Shown one piece after another: positions 51,211-63,400 of a stretch of 64,000 nucleotides of DNA. This stretch comes from Antedon mediterranea. Lineage: Eukaryota; Animalia; Echinodermata. The stretch lies in contig NC_092679.1 of NCBI RefSeq assembly GCF_964355755.1, positions 19,327,432 to 19,391,431 of the forward strand, read 5' to 3'. Numbering within the stretch: the stretch's first letter is position 1; every line of letters begins with the position of its first letter. The position numbers and the translations under genes were made by a program. Under the pieces are notes generated by a model that saw only the letters and a program-made list of their open reading frames with translations, was not told where the DNA came from and ran no database searches.

Positions 51211-53271
51211 TCTCGGTACTGTAATACATATGTATAATCTTGACATATAGACCATACATGTGAGACATATTTGACACTTTGTATCATATTATTGCATAGA
51301 ATACTGTAGACACATATATCAAATTAAGACATTTGTTGGCAACCAGTGCTTTTGTTTCTAAAGATGCAACAAGAATATTTACCGATTGTTGTCTCGCAGA
51401 AAGATTGAAAAGGCCTAAAAATTGGCAATTCTCAATTAAGAAACGATAGAAAATAAGCCTACATTGTGTTAAAATAAAATTCAACTGAGCATAGAAAAGA
51501 ATTTAATTTAGAATTTATTGTTTACTTGTCAACCATTTTTTGCCCATGAGTTAATCTTAAACTATACTTTACGAGATTTAAAAAAGCATATTTTTTAAAC
51601 ATAGCTTAATGTGTTTTTAAAAAAATTTATGTTGTCTAAAATTAAATAATTTGTTTTGTTCATACAGTTCATTCGAATTATTTATTTAAATGTATATATC
51701 TATAAAATATATAAAACGTAGGCGCCAATATTACTTATAATAATCACACTCAAAGATGCAGTGTAAATTAATTTATTATTGCTAAGCTGACTGCACAGAA
51801 ACAATAAAAGAAACAAACACCATTTGCTTATAGTAAGAATTTTATTATTGATTACAAAATAGAAAATAAGATTCTTCACAAACACGAAAGACACACAATT
51901 TAAAGTCTTATTATTGTATCGGAAGTACAAGCATAGATATAGTCTACACTAGCACATTACAATTTGGTTTGAACACTTGAGTTTGGAAACAAAAAAAGTT
52001 CGGTAGTGTAGACGAGTTGATTGATAATAATGTTGCAGAAAATAAGTTTGCAGAAGACCACACAAGCAAACTTTAGGTTGAAAACTTCAGCAAAAAAAAT
52101 TTGTTTTCCAAACTTTTTAAACAAATTTTGCTAGTGTAAAAGTTGATAAACTTCTGCAAACTGCCAGAAAACAAGTTTGCAGAAGGCGATGCATTTTTTG
52201 ACAATAAAACTAGTTTGACATGATTTGCAAACTCAGCGAATGAAATCAAGTCTTTGTAATCATGTGATTCTGCAAGTGGACAAAATAACAGACTCCAGTA
52301 AGCCAATCAAATCAGTCTTTGTAGTCATGTGATTTTTAGGTTCTAAAGAACTTCTCTAAGCAGTGGCAAAACTCAGACCGTTTCAAACCAATGTTTGGTA
52401 CCATTTTCTAGTGTACTTGTGTTTGGTTTATTAAATACTTCGAAGTAGTATTGCGCCAGGGAGATATAGTAATTGGTCAAATGTTTGTCCTACTCTGACG
52501 TCATTGTTTTTTAAAGAATCAGTACATTACCATAACAAATTTTCATCTAAATATTTTATTTATTTTACTAAAAACCAAAATCTATACACCGATACACACA
52601 TCAACTAACATAGAAAAGATAGAAATGTCGCAATTTGATATATCAAAAATAGTTTTAGAAAATTACCCTTTAAAATACTCTAATTATAAAATATCTATCA
52701 CTCCCTGAACACCTGTATAAGTATAATGTGCAAATTATTTGCTATGAATATCTAATATTCTAAAATGGTTACATGCATTTATTCTAATTTTTACATTTTT
52801 AATATCACTCATTAAAAATATGTAGTCAATCCCGAAAAGTGCTCTAAAATTTAGAAAACAAAAATCAGCGCTAACTTTCAACATTCTTTTTAGTCTAAAA
52901 AGTATGTTTAATTCGAGTATTCAAACATTTTCATTACTTACGTAAAATTTTAAAACGATTTTGTTTTCTCAAGGTGATACATTTTTATCTATGAGCAAGT
53001 CGAGCACTTCTCGGGACTGAAACATCTCAAATTAAAAAAGTTTCATATGACTATCTACTTTTGGCATGCATATGTACACTTATTCTAATAGGATAGGATG
53101 CCAAATATGTATAAGAATACGATCTATACTATATTGGAAATAGTTGACAATATTTTCTACGAAGTAGTAGTACAAACAATGTTTTCAGGCAAAGTTCAAG
53201 TAGCAACACAATGCATTTATCTTGGCTAACCCTGAAAAAAAACCACACACGATAAAAGAATTACAAATATT

Positions 53272-53498
53272 ATTTTTATTATTATTATATCAATATTTAT
53301 AAAGCGTCAATTCAAAGACCGAGGTACAAAATCAAAGGCGCTGGGCATGTTAGTGGTCGAAAAATGAGTTTTGAGCAATTTTTTAAATAAGGCAACAGAA
53401 GAGCAGTGTTTAATTTGTGGGGGGAGTGAATTCCAGAGTGTGGGTGCTGAAAACGATCTATGGCCAAAGGTTTTAGTGGCTATGCGTGGAACAGAGAG
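53272..53498 (-). mobile_element. 3' fragment of an L2/CR1-clade LINE
   Basis: Minus strand translates LSVPRIATKTFGHRSFSAPTLWNSLPPQIKHCSSVALFKKLLKTHF, the characteristic L2/CR1 ORF2 C-terminus, followed by GCGCCTTTGA...GACGCTTTATAAAT...(AAT)n tail. Confidence 0.8.
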
Positions 53499-53500
53499 TA

Positions 53501-53965
53501 TTATATAACACCTATATAAATTCCTGTCATTTGATTGGACGAATGTGGGTCACATGGCGTGCAATAGTACGCACTATTCAACGATCGTTAAATAGTACTT
53601 TTTGAAACATTTTTGTGTACGAAAAAAAAAAACGTCTCGCGGATGAAAAAAAATCTAGTACACAAATTATCCTATGATATGGCTCTGTACTGTGAAATAC
53701 AACAGCGCCACCTGTCGTCTGGTCTCAGTTTCGTTTTTCTTTTAAACATTTGAGTACGAAATTTATTTAGGAATTTATTTAGATGTTATATAAAACAAAT
53801 AATGAATGTTTTGTATTCGTGTAATGGTACAAATAATGGCACGAGGTGAATGAAGAAAGGTTATATTTCAACGAGGCGGAGCCGAGTTGAAATATAACCT
53901 TTCATCATTCACCTCGTGCCATTATTTGTACCATTACACTCATAAACATTCATTATTTGTATAAT
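53501..53965. mobile_element. Non-autonomous element with internal inverted repeat and a terminal about 165-bp hairpin
   Basis: IR TTATATAACACCTATATAAATTCCT (53501-53525) vs AGGAATTTATTTAGATGTTATATAA (53769-53793); palindrome arms 53795-53872 and 53886-53960 around GGCGGAGCC. Confidence 0.65.
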
Positions 53966-54400
53966 ATATATATATATAAATATGTATTTAGGATACGAAA
54001 AAAGAACGCAGTAAAGCAAATATCAATAATTATAAATAAGCTTTATTGTATTACATTTAGGGCATAACCAGACTATGTATAAGTGTTATGTTCTGAAACA
54101 AATAATCAGACCCATGCGGGGACCAAGGTTCATATACGTGTTTCAATACGGGTTTGTGTGTATCGGTGTGATCATGTTCTCTGTATGGTAAGATCAAACG
54201 AATTATGTCAACTGTCGAATGTGATTTAAAGACGGTAACGGTAATAAAAATATAGAATGTTATTCCTTATGACTATTTACGCACAACGCGGAGCGGACGG
54301 GCGGTTACCGCTTAGGATAGATACAGATTCTATGTGGGACAAGCTAGGCGGTTTTCCACTTACCGTTACCGCTCAATGTGATGTCCTTACTTGTAATGTT

Positions 54401-57400
54401 CTATGGTGCTTCTTCGCAGGGGATAGCGTTACCGTCTGAATAGGAACCGCATGCGCATGTCTTCTCGTTTCCTGGTTTAGGTAAGCATAGGGCGCTGCAA
54501 TCGCCATTGTTGTATGCACAAGCGTTTGAACCTAAAAACATGTTAAAGTATTATACAGTTTATCATTTTAAAAAAATTGTAGAACTCTTATTAAGAAGAC
54601 ACCTTCGGGACACAACCAACTGCCACTTTAATAGGGAGTGTCTCCTGAACAGAGAGAGGTCGTAGCGGTAAATATTTGCTTCTTGTACATTTCACGGGAA
54701 AGTGTCCCCTTGCCCTGAATAAAGGTGTCCTAAAGGAGGGGTTTAACAGTTTGGCTGGAAAATTCTAAAAATGTCAAAATTAATATAGGCCTACCTGCTG
54801 GACAGGTGTCTGCTACAACGATTCCGTACAAACGACCAGAGCCGCCAGGTGGTGACTGCAGTGGGGTTCCTAGGCTGTCGTCGTTCTTGCCAACATTCTC
54901 AATTTTTCCACTAAAATGAATCAATAAAAGTAGGCCTAATGATAAAATAAAACACTCCTTCATTCTATAGTCGATATAGTTTTGAAAATATAAGCATCTT
55001 TCAGAAACCTGTATACCATAATTGGAATACGCCTACAGTTAGCTGCACCGTTTTACTCAACATTAGCAATTATACTTACGACCGCCAATCCGTCCAGTAG
55101 AATATGTTTGAGTTCACGGTAATACTGAATGGATAATTTGCCTTGGACGTAACTGTAAATCGAGAACTTATATCTCCGTCCAAGTTCATACACTCAACTT
55201 TCCTTGTACCTAAAAAGAACGAAATGAAAGAAATATGCATATACTGCCTCACCATAATTTAAAGAGAGACAACTATCTTCCTCTGAGGTACTTGTAGCTA
55301 TTTCTGTGGTCATGGTAACATTAAATTTCATAAATCAATATTCTAATCTGTAGTTATCGTACAGTAGTAAATATTACATAAGAAGACTCTACCTGCGTCG
55401 GCCCAACAAATCTGTTGGCTTCTGTAGTCGATTGTAAGCCCATTTGGTAGCTTGATGTTCTGGCTCACCATCACCCTTCGGTTGCTTCCGTCAAGAGCCG
55501 ACATCTCGATTTTCGGGTTGCTTCTTGTCCAGTCGGTCCAATAAAGGTTTCTATGAAACAGAAAAGTAAATTCAACATTCAAATAAAATAAAAACATCTA
55601 CGCCTACGTTTTGAACTCAAAAAAGTTTATTAGTTCTGAAAAGAACTGTTGAGTTGCTCTACGTTTCGATCAATATGCTTTGATCGTCCTCAGGAGTCCA
55701 GGAAACTTGGAATATAAGTGGAATAGGGTGGTACTGGTCTCTTTACAATAAAATAACACGTTACCCGCCAACAGGATCAACAACAGAACGAGATCTCTTT
55801 ACAATAAAACAACAACATTACCCGCCAACAGGATCAACAACAACAGAACGTGGCTGCTTCATATTGTCTTCAAATAATATTCGTCGATGTGAGCCGTCCA
55901 GCTGTGATACTTCAATACGATGGTAACCAGAGTCTGTCCAGTACATGTTGCGACTGACCCAGTCAACAGCAATTCCTTCTGGGCTTAATAGTCCTTAAAA
56001 GAGAAGAGTATCTGGTTACTGGAGATCTCTCTCAGTAAGACTTAAAAGGCAGTATCATCAATGTCAATTGTCTTAAGAAGACGGTTATTTCAGAAAAAGA
56101 TGTAGTCTTTCACCTGATCTGATAAGTACTGTAGCACCAGTTCCGTCTCTGTATACACTGTTGATAGTACGGGAAGCAATGTCTGTCCAGTAGATGACCT
56201 CATTTCGACAGTCATAACCTACGCCAATGATCGTCTGACGTGAGTTCATGTATACTTTGCGCCCTGGTTGTCCATTTAGTGGTAGACTCATCAACGAATT
56301 CGATTGTGCGAATATAAGGAAACCGTCTTTATCACCTACTGGAGATGCTTTGAAAGATATTGAAGTAGAAGTTGATTATGTGTTAAGTTAAGCCTAATAA
56401 TGTACCGATTCGTGAATATAAGCTACGGTAGTTACCAATACACGATCTGCCATCGCCTTCATAGCCGTCACGGCATACGCAGTTGTAGCTGCCTTGGTAG
56501 TTCTCACACCTCGCTTGACTGTGGCAGTCATGAATGCCCAAATTACACTCATTAATATCTGAGAATTTACGAAAAAATAGAGTTGCCAGGACTTGTGTAT
56601 ATTTGAATAAGTTGTGAATATAATCCAAACAGGAAAACAATATTATAGATCTACCCAAAAAAACATTTATCAACAGGTCCTTTTTGTCATATCAAACAGA
56701 CGTCCGTAATTACAATTATTACATTATTACATTATGTAATGACGATTATGACGTCTTCCTAAATTATTAAACATACGTCAACATTGCGTTTGGTATCTAA
56801 ATCTTGGTTCCCACTAGGACACAACGCAATTAAGTAAGCGCAAAGCAAGTAATCACGACACGATAGATCATTAACTGCCAATTGTCAACTCGCTTGCATT
56901 GCGCTTACGTCCTTGTGTTACGTCCTAGTGGGAACCAAGCTTAAGATGTCTCCAGTAGGTACCATATTTTTACTGACCTGTGCATACGAAACCATTTCCT
57001 TCGAAGCCAGCCAAGCATTCACACGTGTATGTCTGACCAAAGGGTTTACAGTCACCCGCGTACTGGTCACATGCGTTGGAAGCGCAAGGGTCTCCAATTG
57101 GAATCTCTGTTAAATATAATATAACAATATTAATATTACTTGATCTCATAAAATCCAAAAAGCATTGCTGTAATATGAGGTATGTTTTGTAGCTTTGATA
57201 AAATAAATTAACAGAAGCGTCTCTTTTTGAGAGAACACCTCATTTAAGGGGACACTTTCCCGTGAAACGAACTATTAATCAGAAAACAAACAACCCTATA
57301 TTAAGGACATTAAGGGGACAGGGACATTTTGTTAATGTTGGGTCCCAAAGGTGTTTTTAAGAGGGGTTCTATAAACTTGCTAAGTCTGTAGTTATTGACT

Positions 57401-60400
57401 TTTACGTTTCGATTTTTTTGTCATGTATTATACATGAAACGCCATATGTACCAAATTTTTTAATTTTTACTTCTTTCTGTCTAGAATATAGAGTGAGAGG
57501 GGGGGGGGGGGTGTTCTAGTGTAGGCCTATGTTACCGTAACTGATGTTTGCAAAATATTTACTGTCTCTACATATCTGCTTCATAAAAGCTTTAGGGATT
57601 AACTCATTTACACACCTACACACAAAACATAAAAGTAAAACAAACCCATCGTTGCAATAGCAAGCAGACAAAACAAAATGCTTCATTTTCAAATGTTAAG
57701 CTCTGTCTACACTTTCAAACTTTATTTGACAAACAAAATGTGATGTGCCCATATATGGACATGATGATATCATATTACTACCATATTTAGGCATATCACT
57801 ACCATATTTGGCCACATCACACTTTTTTAGTAGTTTGATAATGTAGACAGAGCTTAATGCAAACTTACCTACACACACATTATCAACTACATCAAAGCCA
57901 TCGTTGCAATAGCAACCAGTCACACCATCTCTCGTCTCACAATGTGCGTTTTCATTGCATACATAAGGTGCACATGCTACAGCTATACAGATAAAAGAAG
58001 ATCCCAAAAGAATATGCAAGCAAGCTTAGTACTAGTTGGTTAAATTCAGCAATAGACCCACACCAAAATACAGTAATAATTGTATTATGTCGACACAATT
58101 AGTAAAGTGTCTCAAACGGCGCCCCGTATTAACCACACTGAATGATCTAAATAACTATAGTGGGTCAACTCATGAGACCATTATTGATTCCTTGTAATAT
58201 TAATAATTTTGTTTATTGAATTTTGGTCTCACAAATTAGGGATGGAAGTAGTAATGTCCCAAACGGCGCCCCGTACTAACCACACTGAATGATCTAAATA
58301 ACTATAGTGGGTCAACTCATGAGACCATTATTGATTCCTTGTTATTAATAATTTTGTTTATTGAATTTTGGTCTCACAAATTAGGGATGGAAGTAGTAAT
58401 GTTCCCAAACGGCGCCCCGTATTAACCACACTGAATGATCTAAATAACTATAGTGGGTCAACTCATGAGACCATTATTGATTCCTTATATTAATAATTTT
58501 GGTTATTGAATTTCGGTCTCACGAATTGGGGATATGAAGGTTTTTAGGATTTCATGTTAACGATTAGCATTATTACTTGTAATAAGTAATTTCACGGATT
58601 AAATTTTAAATAATATTTATATATTATATAATTGTGCTAATTTCTAATTGGTTACCGTACCTACACACGTATCGCCAGTAAGCGTGTATCCATCGATACA
58701 AATACAGATTGCTAAGTTATATTGGTCTAACTGGCACCTTGCATTATTATCCACGCATATAAAACCATCGCATGCATCCACAGCTGAAGCAAGTAAATTG
58801 TTGTGGTGAAGAAAAGTGTTATAAATAAAAAGTTAGTTATCATTCAGATTTAAAAACCAAACTACTATTGGTAAATTAAATAAAAAAACGTTCATAAAAC
58901 ATTGCACTTTTAGCTTGGTTCTCACTTGGACACTATGTAACAAGTAATTTGACCAATCATGACGCGATCATGGATCATTTGAACTGTGATTAGTCGTCGT
59001 TGCATCCAAATGGCACTACTTAAGCGCATCACAAGTAATTTGACCAATCATGATGCGATCATGGATCATTTGAACTGTGATTAGTCGTCGTTGCATCCAA
59101 ATGGCACTACTTAAGCGCACCACAATTTGACTAATCATGACGCGATCATGGATCATTTGAACTGTGATTGGTCGTCGTTGCATCCAAGTGAGAATCAAGT
59201 TTTAGCAGCATACACCGGAATTAGTGAAGCATAACCAAAAGCACATAATAATAAAGTAATATAGAAAACAGGCAAGGCCAGCCCAAGCTGTTTACTAAAA
59301 GTTACATATTAAAAAGAGAATATTTATAGGGCCTATTGAAGTCATTATGATGTGATTTGCCTTTACTTGTACTAAATGCAGCAGAATGCAGATATTCGCT
59401 GTGGTTCCCACTTGGACGCAACGTAATGACGTAAGCGCACCACAAATAATTTGACCAAACACGACTCGAACTGTCGTTTGTAATTGGTCAACTCACTTGC
59501 ATAGCGCCTACGTCCTTGCATTGCGTCCAAGGGAACACATCAAGCTTTAGCGTATAAAAAAGCTCATAACCTGTTCAGCGATACAATGTCATCCGACTTA
59601 CCAACGCAGTATCCTCCTTCCTGTCTGTAATTTTCTAAACAGATGCATTGTGCGTTTCCAGAAACGTCTTCCTGACAGTACGCGTTTGAGGGGCAGATCT
59701 CAGCCTCGCAGGGACCTGGAAAATAATTCAATTCAATTCAATCTTTAATGTCGGAATCTCTGCTCCATAAAAAATAACATAATTACGTACTGTATACATT
59801 TGATTTCATTTAGTAGATTGTTTATAAAGGTATAATGACATTGGCTTATTATAGTACCTCGGCAGTTGAAGCCATCCCACGTGTAACCAGGACTAGTACA
59901 AACGCATGTGTATCCAGCTGCAACGACAGCGCAATATGCATCGCTTCCACAGTCGACGGTTGCACATATATCTATAGTTATAGAAGAGTAGCAAGAAAAA
60001 TAGTTTGCATTTAAATTGTGCAGGGTGGTAAAAAAAACAGATTGGTATTACCAGGTAAACTCCATTGAACATTTTGCTTGAAATGAAGTTAAACAAAGAC
60101 GCCAAAATGGAAATTAAATCTTTTTTCAAGAATTCATGTTTTTCCTTCGTTTGTTCTCTGATGTTTTTCATTTGACTGTATTTATGTATGATGCATGGTA
60201 TGAGGTGGATTTGTAATATAAACAAACACACACTAGAAGAAGCAAATTAGCAGAAATCAAAGAATGGTGATATACAGTATTTGATCCTTACTGAACGCAA
60301 CGCAAGTAGTTTGACAAGGGAGTTGTTAACAACATAATAATAAGGCCCTACCTGATTTGACCAATCGGAAGAGATCGAGTTATTGCGTGTGTGTGTAACT

Positions 60401-63400
60401 AACTTGAAGAAGGTCTAAAGCACTTTCTACACTATCAAACTTTATGTGTCAACAAAAATGTGATGTGCTCAAATATGGTAGTAACATGCCCAAATATGGT
60501 AGGCCTACTGATCACATCACATTTTTTTTGTCACATCAAGTTTGATAGTGTAGACAGAGCTTAACTTTAGTCCTGGACTGTACAGTATATCTTCTTAGTC
60601 CTCTTTGAAGAATACCGGACCATAAAGTTTAGTTTACACGCAATAACTTTCACTTAAAGTACGTAGGCCTACCTCTAGGCCTACAATTGTAACCATCCCC
60701 TTCATATCCATCATTACACGTGCAGTAGAAGCTGTTTCCTCGAGGAGTGCAAATACCATAACTACTACAGTCATTATTTGCGCATGGATCAACAACAGTT
60801 TCTGAATAGTAGAACAAATTACGTTAGGCCTATTCCTTTACATTGCGTTATAGCTTGCTTCCAACTTGGACCAAACGCAAGTGATTTGATCAATTACAAT
60901 CGACAGTTCATGCATACTATCAATTGCGTCGTGATTGGTCAAATTACTTGCGGTAAAAGTCTATTGCGTTGCGTACGCGTCCAACCAACTAGGAAGGAAA
61001 CTTTCATACGACGGTTTTTTTGTTGTTATTATAGGCATACATACTTACGATCACTTGGTCCTATTTTAGACGCTGTAGCAAATCTAAGAATATTTCCCTG
61101 ATTTTCGTCGATATCAAATGAAGTATACTGCTGAATGATGTTTAAACTCATCGAATCCTGTCCGCTTGGTCTGTCACGTTCGTCTGCCGTGCACTCTTGG
61201 TATGTTATCGTTTGATCAACGTTGTACGTAATGCTAAAATCGTTAAACCGTACCACACGGGTGCTAACCGAACGAATTCGACCTGTAGAAGAAAGTATCC
61301 ATCTATCTATCCAATTCTAACCAACTTAATAGACCTACTACAAAATGTCCATGAAATCGACAATATAAACTAGGCCTAACTTTTTGGTTGACAAACTGTT
61401 CTGAATTGGGTTATTTACATTTGAGTTTGAGATCATCCAGACGATGTGTATGGTTAAAGCTTGGTTCTTACTAGCGACGCAACGTAACGCAACCTACGCA
61501 ACGAAAGAAAATGCCCTTTCAATAATTGTGTTTGCCCCCGCCGCCCCGCATGCGTGAAATCAAACCTGCGCGATGCAGCACTGTTGCATCGCCGGCGGTT
61601 CCTACGCAATACAGCACTTAGCGTCAATACGTAGTTGCGTTGCGTTCTAGTGGGAACCACGCTTAACTAAGACATAATTATAAGTTTGACGAACCAGGTA
61701 ATTGAGAACAATAGCATAACAATCAAAGTAAATATTGCTCAAAGCCAAGGTTACCGCCAATATATCTAGCAGACGATATGAATGAATGTTTCCGTTTTGA
61801 GATCATACCTGGCTCCTTCCTTTCATACACCACTTTATGTTCATCGTAGGCAACAGTTCCATCAGATTTCGATATTACTGGCAATGTGCCTTCCACGTTG
61901 GTGTTTACCTGAAGTTGCCCTAGATTATCAAAACCTAGAAATTCCTGTACAATGCGCACTTCGTAACCCCCGTCAACGGACACGTACGCATCCCGCAACA
62001 ACTTTCCACCTGAAATATTTAATCAATAAGTAATTAGGCCTATTTACAATATTTCTGACAATTGTATATTTAAGAAATGTAATAATAAAAGCAATCGCCA
62101 TGATTATCTTACATACGGTAGGCCTAATTGTGTATTTATTCATTTATATCGTTAAATTGTATCGAGAAAGAGGCCTACAACAAAATTGCCATGATTATTT
62201 TTAATTTTACATTCATGTAAATATATTTCTCCTAAAGTTTAATCCTTATTTGTAAGACACTGTTCATGGGTGATTAATTTATATTTTTATTTTTGTATAC
62301 GAGCAAACTGGAATTTAATTTTAATGATATAAACTCTTTTAATTTATTTTTTACTGTGAATTTGAATATGCAACATTGATAAAAATGAACCAGAAATGAA
62401 TATAAGTGAAGAATAAGGTATAAGAACATACTGTAGAATACCATAGGGGGAAGTCAGTATTGTGGGATACATGGCAATAATCAGTCAGTCAGTGCAACAG
62501 AAAATGTCAGGGAGGGGAGCGGGAATAACCTACCAACAAGTTCTATAAGAAAGACGTTTAGGCCTACAGACAGTTTCTTTACATGCCAATTACACCGGCA
62601 ATCATTGAGAAAACTGATCTGAGGTTATAGTAATGAAGCATACTTTCACGTAACTTGCCTTCTATGGGTCTAAATTCAAACGTCTAATGTTTTCCCAGTG
62701 GAAAAAAAAACATTATAAAACCCATAAACTTTTAAAAATGTTGTACACTACCGTACGTGACGTCATTATGCATCTCTCAGAGGCAATATAGAAACTGTAT
62801 GTTTTAAAATAGATTTATTTCATACGAATATAATTTTAGATTTAAGGTTGGGTGGGGTAGGATAGAACAGATAAAAAGAATAATTAATTTACCATTAATT
62901 TATTACCCAAAATCCGTTTATTTTGCAAAACTAAAAATGCGCATGCGTAATGTTTTTTAAAAGGTGTGCAAAATTCAAAACAGACGACATCGAAAGAAAA
63001 CATAAGCCCTAGGCTAGGCCTAGGCCTACTCAGTCTAGACTTCAGCTTATTAATTAAAAAACACAGACTACAATGGCTGAATTTGTGATGTTCATGAACT
63101 ACAACATCAAAGTAAAGTAAGTAGATCTATCGTATATATTTATAAAATAACTTTTATTTAGACAAGTTGTGCTAGACATGCACGGCTAAGCTTCTCTTAA
63201 CTAGCCTAGGCCAAGGCCTAGGCTCTAACTAACTAAGCTTAACTCCCTGCACTGATCCGAAGCTAGTGACACTGTCGCTAGTCGGCTTTACATTCAATGG
63301 CCTGGCTAACTAGGACTAGGCCTAGTCGAAACTTCTACTGCTACAAGGCAACGAGTCTGCTGGCCTAGCTCAGCAAGTTTGGTAGCTTATTTGTCCTGTT

